Source of the DNA: Glycocaulis profundi
GTDB taxonomy: Bacteria; Pseudomonadota; Alphaproteobacteria; Caulobacterales; Maricaulaceae
NCBI GenBank assembly: GCA_007050995.1
Contig: VJOU01000001.1
Coordinates: forward strand, 134,391 to 158,390
Direction of reading: 5' to 3'
Length of the DNA: 24,000 bases
In this document: piece by piece, positions 18,501 to 24,000 of the stretch
Position numbering within the stretch: the stretch's first letter is position 1
How the letters are laid out: each line of letters opens with the position of its first letter
Position numbers and translations under genes: made by a program
Notes under the pieces: model-generated
The model's input: only the letters and a program-made list of their open reading frames with translations
What the model was told of the DNA's origin: nothing
Databases searched by the model: none

Positions 18501-20425
18501 AGCGCCAGCGCATGGAAGCGCACCGGCTGGTTCACCCGGCCCCCGCCTGCGCCGAAATCCTCCGACAGGCCCAGATACAGATCGCGCGGGCGGTAGGGGA
18601 TGCGCACGTCGTCGGCCACGGCGCGCCCGCCGGGCTCCTGCACGTTCACGATGGCCCGCGCCCTCAGCGGCAGGGTGGACTCCCGGCCCCGGTTCCCGGG
18701 GCGCACGGGCACGGCGGCGTCGCCCGCCCCGTCCGCGATCACGCGGGGCAGGTCGAACGTCTCCTCGGCGAACTGCTCGTCATGCAGGCCGAAGCTGAAC
18801 CCGGAATGCTCGGGGAAGGGAGCGGGATCGGGCTGGATGCGCACGCTGCCCGACACCGGCAGGCCCGCGCCCGGCGCGCCGTATAGGAAGCGCGCGTTCG
18901 CCTCGATCATCCGCGTCTGTCCGGGCCGCAGGGGCGTCTCGTCGTCGGCGTCGAGCCTGAGCGCCACGCGCTGGGGCACGAAGTCCTCCACCGCCAGCGA
19001 CCGGTCGGCCACCTCGCCGACCCCGTCGACCTCCACCGCGATGCGCCAGCGTCCGCGGGCCGCCGCGTCGGGCAGGGTGAAGTCATGGATCACCGCGCCC
19101 GCCTGCGGGGCGCTCTCGAACCGGTGGCGGGAATGGGCCAGCCCGTTGGGGGCGTAAAGGATCATCGTGCCGGGGCGGCTGACCAGCGCATGGCCCTCCG
19201 GCCCGCGCAGCAGGGCGGAGGCGTGGATGGTCTCGCCGGGCCGGAAGATGCCCCGGTCCAGCCAGACATAGCCGTCCGCGGCGCCCGCCCGCGACCGGCC
19301 CGCGACCGGCTGGGCGCTCAGATCGACCGGCGCGCGGTCCAGATCGAGCAGGGCGTAATCGCCGTCCCGCCCATAGGCCATCAGCATGCGGGGCGTGTTG
19401 CCCTCGGTCCCGGCCATCAGGGCGCGTCCGAAGCGCACCCGGCCCTGCCCGTCGGTGCGGGTTTCGGCCAAGACCTCGTTGGAGCGCGCGATCAGGCGCA
19501 CCCGCACGTCCGCGGCGGGCCGGGCGGTCTGCAGGTGGCGCACCACCACGTCCAGCCCAGTGTCGCCGCGATAGGCGGTGAAGGCCAGATCGGTGACGAT
19601 GAGCCAGCGCTCGGCCCGGGCCATCCGCCCGGTCTCGCCCGCCTCGATCTCGTCGAGATTCTCGACCCTGAGATAATACGCGCCGGGGCGCAGCTCCCCG
19701 ACCGCTTCGGCGATGGGGAAGACGGTGGTGACTGGCGCGTTGGGATCGCCCGCGGTGTCCATCTCGCCGCGCCAGATCTCCACCCCCGCCTCGCCGGGGT
19801 CCTCGTTCCAGCCCGGCCAGCCCCACTCGCCCGAGCCCGCCTCGAAGCCCTCGGTCAGGGTGCGGAAGACCAGCGCCCGGTCGGTCACCCGGTTCACGGT
19901 CACGCGGACCGCGTTCACGTTCACCGTCTCGATCGCCACCCCGTCCGCGTCCACCCGTGGCAGGATGATCCCCGACCCGGAAAAGCGGATGAAGGCGGGG
20001 CGGTCGGCGAAGGTCAGCGTCTCGCGCACCTCCGCCTCCAGCCGCCGCCCGTCCGCGCCAGGCAGGCCCTCGCGCAGGGTGACGGTGCGGGTCTGGCCGA
20101 AGGTCAGCCCGCCGATGCACAGGCGCTGGCCGTCCACCGCCAGCGCCACCTGCTCGGGTATGTCTACATAGGCCGAGTAGTCCGCGCGCGGATCGAGCGG
20201 GCCCGAGAAGGCCAGGCACAGGCGCGGATCGTCGCCCTCCATCTCGGTGGCGTAGCGCAGGTATTCGAACCGGTCGGAGGTCTCAGGCGCGGCGCGCGGC
20301 GCGTCGGGCGAGCGCGCGTCCATCGCCACCCCCCGCTGACGCGGCTCGTCGGGCCCCGCATCGCAGGCGGCGAGCGTGAACGCTGCGAAGGCGGCGATGG
20401 CGAGAAGGCGGCGTGCGAGACCCAT
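15569..20425 (-). CDS. Bacterial alpha-2-macroglobulin family lipoprotein (YfhM/ECAM-like) with an intact thioester motif
   Basis: 1618 aa. Lipobox LAAC, with Cys21 encoded at 20363-20365. Thioester site YPYGCTEQ, with CTEQ encoded at 16943-16954. Size and pairing with pbpC match the known bacterial A2M-PBP1C operon. Confidence 0.93.
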   Translation of the reverse strand: MGLARRLLAIAAFAAFTLAACDAGPDEPRQRGVAMDARSPDAPRAAPETSDRFEYLRYATEMEGDDPRLCLAFSGPLDPRADYSAYVDIPEQVALAVDGQRLCIGGLTFGQTRTVTLREGLPGADGRRLEAEVRETLTFADRPAFIRFSGSGIILPRVDADGVAIETVNVNAVRVTVNRVTDRALVFRTLTEGFEAGSGEWGWPGWNEDPGEAGVEIWRGEMDTAGDPNAPVTTVFPIAEAVGELRPGAYYLRVENLDEIEAGETGRMARAERWLIVTDLAFTAYRGDTGLDVVVRHLQTARPAADVRVRLIARSNEVLAETRTDGQGRVRFGRALMAGTEGNTPRMLMAYGRDGDYALLDLDRAPVDLSAQPVAGRSRAGAADGYVWLDRGIFRPGETIHASALLRGPEGHALVSRPGTMILYAPNGLAHSRHRFESAPQAGAVIHDFTLPDAAARGRWRIAVEVDGVGEVADRSLAVEDFVPQRVALRLDADDETPLRPGQTRMIEANARFLYGAPGAGLPVSGSVRIQPDPAPFPEHSGFSFGLHDEQFAEETFDLPRVIADGAGDAAVPVRPGNRGRESTLPLRARAIVNVQEPGGRAVADDVRIPYRPRDLYLGLSEDFGAGGGRVNQPVRFHALALDAMGEAADTAADWRLIRSDWTYDWYRAENGEWRWRRARRVVPVEQGRIEIGADGAAIETRSLDWGDYTLILSVDGQDVASRGFWVGYGAQPEAGVEAPDRVRLSGPANPPRLGERAEVTVLAPYAGRAEVVIATDRVIETRSISVPEGGARVTLQATEAWGAGAYVMVSVYTPRDAVDQPRPRRAVGVIHIPVNVESRTFGLSLDAPDRIEPDQTLDVTVTADSGPVREGAFLTLAAVDEGILQLTGFQSPDPASWFFGRIALGVDLLDDYGRLLDPNQGPAAEVRSGGDQIGGAGLSVVPTRTVALFQGPVEFDGQGRARVPLEIPDFNGELRLMAVAWSRTGMGAADRPLTVRDDVPAELILPRFLSPGDTAQATATLDNIDGEPGTYSVDVSATGPLELSRPGFEVALDQGERADRSVALSAGETGIGQFRLAVSGPGEFTVERSYPIEVRSAFLPAARIERALVEPGESWRPDPSLLAGYVPGSETLQVSVAATPIDTAALYKALAQYPYGCTEQIVSRVMPLLYADQLSGLEGTHAPARADAEIRKTIETLLARQSEDGAIGLWRIGDQGADPWLGAYATDFLLRAREAGHAVPEAALERALAVLQPVARGELWRAWGYDTNTPDPRWSTDTEQRLNHRSAAYAAYVLARAGRADRSRLRYMHDEMLGDIESPLARAHVGAALAAIGDRARAAGAFDAAVQALGWSNPGDWYQTPRRDLAGVLALAAEANMTDRVQALYQRVGEDLPEPERLTTQEQAFLLLAARALAGESGRLALSYDGAVTDDSVFSFTLDDIDGAGEIANTGDSPVWLTAYALGAPGEAPPPAEENLSVEKAVFTRGGERLDLEQAARGDQFIIALTVTSPQTRRAPLIIEDLLPAGFEIEGVLRAEEGGPQGPYRWLGELAAPRIAEARDDRFVAAIDIEGRQPRRVAYMVRAVTPGRFTLPGAHAEDMYRPDVFARSEAGTVTIRP

Positions 20426-20500
20426 CGGCGGTCATCCCCTGTCATGCGGGCGTCCCGGCCCGGCGGGGATGATGGCACGGCCCGCGGATGATTGCAGCCG

Positions 20501-20542
20501 GGCAAAAGACAACGCGCCGGGGCGGAAGCCGCCCCGGCGCGT
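20501..20542 (-). terminator. Rho-independent terminator downstream of the TonB-dependent receptor
   Basis: A perfect 14-bp stem, ACGCGCCGGGGCGG at 20512-20525 paired with CCGCCCCGGCGCGT at 20529-20542. On the minus strand the stem is followed by TGTCTTTTGCC. It lies 23 nt after the receptor stop. Confidence 0.78.
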
Positions 20543-20565
20543 CATGATGGTCTGAGAGGGTGGGC

Positions 20566-23500
20566 CTAGAAGCTGACGTCCACCCCGACGAAGAAGAACC
20601 GTCCGCGCGGGCCGACGGGCCACGCGGTTTCAGTGATGAAGGGCGCACGGTCCTCGACATTGTTCACCCCGCCATAGAACCGGGCGACCTCGTTGAGCTG
20701 GTAGGAGGCGTTGAAGTCGTGGATGAACACCTCTCCGGCCATGCCGTCGGGTCCGTAAAGGGCCTCGATGGTTTCGATCTGAACCCCGCTGAGCGCCTGC
20801 TCGCTCATGTACCGGGTCTGCCAGCCCAGACGCAGCGGGCCGCGGGTCCATGACAGGTTGCCGTTGACCGCCCATTCAGGCCGCTGAAGCTCCATGAGGG
20901 CAGGGTTCACTTCGGTCGGGTCGAGCGGGTTGGTGAAGAAGTCCAGCGACTCCTGCTTGGTGCCGCTCAGCCCGATCCCGAAGTCGTTCTCCCTCCACGA
21001 AAACTGGTAGGTTGCCGCGAAGTCGTACCCGGTCGCCTCGATGGAGGCGAAGTTCACGAACGACTGGTTCAGGAAGCGGAAGCCGCCGAACTGAGGCGAA
21101 GTGGGGCTGGTTTCACGCTCGAACAGGTCGCAGAAATCGTTCGGGAAGGTGGAGGAGTCATAGCAGGTGTCCACGATGTCCTGCGCCGAGACCTGCGAGA
21201 TGCCGTCCTCGATCTTCACGTCCCAGTAATCGACCGTGAGCGTGAAGCCCTGAAGGAAGCGGGGAGTGAACACGAAGCCGAGGGTGACCGTGTCGGCCTT
21301 CTCCTCTGTGAGATCGGGATTGCCGCCGGACACCCCTGCGAAGCGCGCTGAGAGCGGATCGGCGAATCCTTCGGGCAGGCCGTCGGCGAGGCAGTTGGCC
21401 TGACGCAGGGCCGGATCGGGCGCGTTTCCGATCTCCGCGGCGTCACAGGGATCGACGGGGCGGAAGAAAGCGGGATTGTTGGGCCGGAACAGCTCGTCGA
21501 TGTTCGGCGCCCGGATGGCCTGTGAAACGGTGCCGCGGAAAGACAGATCCGAGACCGGAGTCCAGATCAGGCCCAGCTTCCACGTCTCGGCGCCGCCGAC
21601 TGTCGAGTAGTCCGCGTAGCGATAGGCGCCGTCCAAGGTCAATTCTTCCGCCAGCGGCATGTCGGCCAGGATCGGGACCGAAAGTTCGATGAACACGTCG
21701 GTCACGTCATACGAGCCTGACGAGTCGAAGAACTGGCTATCCGCGTTGAAGCCCAGGGAGCCGTTGTCGCTGACGTCGGAAACCAGAGTGCCTTCGGGGA
21801 AAGGCGCGCCGGCCGGGATGATGCCCAGGGCCAGCGGGTTGCGGCTGTTGCGGCTTTCTTCCCGCCGGTATTCGGCGCCTGTCGCGAACTGGATCGGTCC
21901 GGCGGGCAGGGTGAAGAAATCGCTGGAATCTCCGACCAGCGACGCGCTGACCACCGTCTGGGTGAGCTTGAGCTCGTCGGAGACGGGCGTGGTGATGAAG
22001 CTGATGGCCTCCTGGCTGATCGCCCCGGGTCCGCCCCAGATGTTCGCCGGCGCGCATTGTCCGGAGCCGGGCGTGAAGGAGTAGAAGCCGGGGTCGAAGA
22101 ACGGGATGTCGAAAATCGTGGTCGGAGGAACCGCGGACGGGTCCAGATCGGACCGGCAGACCGGGTTGCCCGCCGCGTCCGAAACCACGTCTATCGCTGC
22201 GAAGAAACGGTCGAGCATCACCGCGTTGGTGTTGGACTGGGTGCGTGTGAACTCGCCGTGATTGACCGAAAGCTCCCAGTTCCAGCCATTGCGGAACTCG
22301 CCTTCGAGACCGGCCACGGCCCGGATGGTCTCGCGTTCGGTGGTCGTCTGGTTGGGGCCCAGGTCGGTGGGGTCACGGGTGATGTAAAGACCGCCGGTCT
22401 GGTTGGCCAGATCGCGCAGTTCGGCGGGCAGGAAGGGGTTGTCCGGCGCCCCGTAGAGCAGGTCGTAGAAAGTGTTCAGCGGCGTGCCCCAGACGGCTTC
22501 TGACGCGGAGTACTTCAGCTCGGCGAAGGCCCGGATCGAAGGCGTCAGATCGTAGCGCGCGTTCAAATTCAGAGTTGCGGTGTCCTGACGGGGCAGCAGG
22601 AAAGTCTCGTTGAAGTTATCCTCGATGCCATCGCCGCCGAACTGGTTGAAGTTGCCCGCGACGAGACCGTCCTGATACGGGCGCACGCTGCCGTCGTCAT
22701 TGACGACCCAGCAGCCCCCGGCGAAGCCGAACGAGCCGTTGCCGGCCAGCGAGTTGTTCCAGCCCACATAGGACTCCAGGCAGTCGTCGATGCCCGAGCC
22801 GTTGAGGTCCACGCCCGGAGCCAGTCCGAAATTGCCGGGCGATATGACCCCGCGCTTGGAACTGATCGAGAAGGTGGGCTGGCGCAGGATCGCACGTGAC
22901 GGGGCATTGGCGGCCCGGTCGAACAGAGCCTGCTCCTCGGCGGACAGGTTGGGCGCAACGCCGAACTGGTTCTGATAGGCCGTGGCGAAGGCGGCCGCGG
23001 ACGGGATCGCGAAACCGTAGGGATACCGACCCGTGATGTCGAAATTGTAGAATTGGAAGAAGTTCGGCGTGGCGCTCTGGGTGATGTCCCCGTTCTGGAA
23101 TCTCAGCGCGGGATTGGCCTGGTTGCGGGCCACGCCGTTGTCGCGCGACCAGTCCCGGTCGCCATAGCGCAGCGTGGCGTTCGAGCTGAGGTCCGCGCTG
23201 ATCACGACATTGCCCCGGCCTTGATGGAAATTCCGGCCTGCGGTGATCTGCAGCGAGGCGGTCTCGCCGTCGCCCTGGCCGGAAATGCCGACCCGCGCGT
23301 CCATGTTCACGCCCTCGTAGTCATCGCGCAGGATGAAGTTGACCACCCCGGTGACCGCGTCCGAGCCATAAACCGCAGACGCGCCGCCGGTGAGGACCTC
23401 GACGCGCTCGATCAGCGGGCGGGGGATGGAGCCGATGTCCACGGCCTGGCTGCCCTCGAAACCGGCGACGTGGCGACGACCGTTGACCAGCGTCAGCGTG

Positions 23501-23859
23501 CGGCTCGAGCCCAGGCCGCGCAGGTTCAGCGCGTTCGCGCCGGTGCTGCTGTTCTCGCCGCTGGACGAGGCCAGCAGAGCCGGAATGCGGTTGACGATGT
23601 CGCCGAGGCTGACTTCCCCCGACATCTGGATCGCCTCCGAGTCCAGAGACTGCACCGGCACCGGAGACGCCAGGTTCGGGTCGCGCAGGATGCGCGAGCC
23701 GGTCACCTGGATGCTCTCGGCGGGGCCGGTCTGGGTCTCTTCCGCCGGAGAGGTTTCCAGCGGCTCTTGGCCGGTCGCCAGTCCGGGCGCAGCGAGAGCG
23801 ATGACTGCGGCGGCCGCGCCGAGTTCGAGCGTGTGACGATAGGATTTCGACGGTTTCAT
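20566..23859 (-). CDS. TonB-dependent outer-membrane receptor (large, about 1097 aa; substrate unknown)
   Basis: I take the start at the internal ATG (23857-23859), giving the signal peptide MKPSKSYRHTLELGAAAAVIALAAPGLATG. Plug-domain motifs are IQVTGSRI, NLRGLGSSRTLTLVNGRR and ERVEVLTGGASAVYGSDAVTGVVNF. Barrel motif GGNPDLTEEKADT. Terminal aromatic residue ...VGVDVSF. Confidence 0.93.
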   Translation of the reverse strand: MKPSKSYRHTLELGAAAAVIALAAPGLATGQEPLETSPAEETQTGPAESIQVTGSRILRDPNLASPVPVQSLDSEAIQMSGEVSLGDIVNRIPALLASSSGENSSTGANALNLRGLGSSRTLTLVNGRRHVAGFEGSQAVDIGSIPRPLIERVEVLTGGASAVYGSDAVTGVVNFILRDDYEGVNMDARVGISGQGDGETASLQITAGRNFHQGRGNVVISADLSSNATLRYGDRDWSRDNGVARNQANPALRFQNGDITQSATPNFFQFYNFDITGRYPYGFAIPSAAAFATAYQNQFGVAPNLSAEEQALFDRAANAPSRAILRQPTFSISSKRGVISPGNFGLAPGVDLNGSGIDDCLESYVGWNNSLAGNGSFGFAGGCWVVNDDGSVRPYQDGLVAGNFNQFGGDGIEDNFNETFLLPRQDTATLNLNARYDLTPSIRAFAELKYSASEAVWGTPLNTFYDLLYGAPDNPFLPAELRDLANQTGGLYITRDPTDLGPNQTTTERETIRAVAGLEGEFRNGWNWELSVNHGEFTRTQSNTNAVMLDRFFAAIDVVSDAAGNPVCRSDLDPSAVPPTTIFDIPFFDPGFYSFTPGSGQCAPANIWGGPGAISQEAISFITTPVSDELKLTQTVVSASLVGDSSDFFTLPAGPIQFATGAEYRREESRNSRNPLALGIIPAGAPFPEGTLVSDVSDNGSLGFNADSQFFDSSGSYDVTDVFIELSVPILADMPLAEELTLDGAYRYADYSTVGGAETWKLGLIWTPVSDLSFRGTVSQAIRAPNIDELFRPNNPAFFRPVDPCDAAEIGNAPDPALRQANCLADGLPEGFADPLSARFAGVSGGNPDLTEEKADTVTLGFVFTPRFLQGFTLTVDYWDVKIEDGISQVSAQDIVDTCYDSSTFPNDFCDLFERETSPTSPQFGGFRFLNQSFVNFASIEATGYDFAATYQFSWRENDFGIGLSGTKQESLDFFTNPLDPTEVNPALMELQRPEWAVNGNLSWTRGPLRLGWQTRYMSEQALSGVQIETIEALYGPDGMAGEVFIHDFNASYQLNEVARFYGGVNNVEDRAPFITETAWPVGPRGRFFFVGVDVSF

Positions 23860-23872
23860 TGTTGCCCCGATA

Positions 23873-23886
23873 GGTCTGTACAGACC
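23873..23886. promoter_or_regulatory. Perfect 14-bp palindrome GGTCTGTACAGACC, candidate operator or 5'-UTR hairpin 13 nt upstream of the receptor start codon
   Basis: Self-complementarity verified by hand. It lies between the AT-richer putative promoter area (about 23960-24000) and the weak GGGG Shine-Dalgarno. No binding protein can be assigned from sequence alone. Confidence 0.4.
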
Positions 23887-24000
23887 AGTTGCCATGACGG
23901 TTCGGTCACTTGCTGATCGCGCAGGTGTCCCGGCGGCATGGCGGAGGCGGAGCAATGCAGTGTCGGCGATCTGACGTCGCCATAACATGAACATTTCTTC

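Noticed and set aside
14038-20505. Numerous long ORFs within pbpC and the alpha-2-macroglobulin gene (for example 15638-17737 plus, 699 aa; 16626-18407 minus, 593 aa; 19083-20219 minus; 19085-20491 plus; 17930-18886 plus)
   Set aside because: All overlap the 1618-aa A2M or the 683-aa PbpC reading frames, which have diagnostic motifs (CTEQ thioester, lipobox, GT51, SxxK). The alternatives are Arg/Gly/Pro-rich with no recognisable domains.
20566-23859. Visibly lower G+C and more A/T-ending codons in the TonB-dependent receptor gene, as a possible sign of horizontal transfer
   Set aside because: The Asn/Tyr/Phe/Ser/Thr-rich composition of outer-membrane beta-barrels lowers GC on its own. No mobility genes, direct repeats or tRNA flank the gene. 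I cannot compute codon statistics here, so I do not claim foreign origin.
23860-23994. 45-codon N-terminal extension of the TonB-dependent receptor ORF (MFMLWRRQIADTALLRLRH...)
   Set aside because: The internal ATG at 23859 gives a textbook signal peptide (MKPSKSYRHTLELGAAAAVIALAAPGLATG). The extension has no signal-like character and would cover the probable promoter and operator region.

Overview
By eye this window is roughly two-thirds G+C, with very high third-position GC. It reads as alphaproteobacterial-type chromosomal core, densely packed with housekeeping and cell-envelope genes.

Gene order:
- Plus strand: the F1 part of the ATP synthase operon, atpA (3' fragment)-atpG-atpD-[65-aa Cys4 ORF]-atpC, followed by a terminator.
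- Minus strand: about 8 kb of nine co-directional, mostly abutting or overlapping genes. The order is obg-nadD-[EgtD-like methyltransferase]-rsfS-rlmH-[EnvC-like degenerate LytM protein]-ctpA-[YibQ-like divergent polysaccharide deacetylase]-rppH. rpsU sits upstream with its own terminator.
- A COQ9-like gene is divergent from rpsU.
- A TonB-dependent receptor with its own terminator is followed by an alpha-2-macroglobulin lipoprotein-pbpC pair and then rsmI.

I found no tRNA or rRNA, CRISPR array, transposase or integrase, phage gene, or recognisable defence or toxin system. I do not see a convincing wholly novel multi-gene system here.

The most unusual items are local:
- a tightly coupled small TRASH/YHS-like Cys4 ORF inserted between atpD and atpC
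- an orphan EgtD-family methyltransferase embedded by an ATGA overlap in the nadD-rsfS-rlmH operon
- an A/T-rich rare-codon island with promoter-like hexamers inside the EnvC-like gene, upstream of ctpA
- a perfect 30-bp palindrome between ctpA and the YibQ-like gene
- a 14-bp palindrome just upstream of the TonB-dependent receptor start
- an unresolved, possibly non-canonical, rpsU start codon

The many long ORFs in the six-frame track that lie antisense to or out of frame with these genes are high-GC artefacts.
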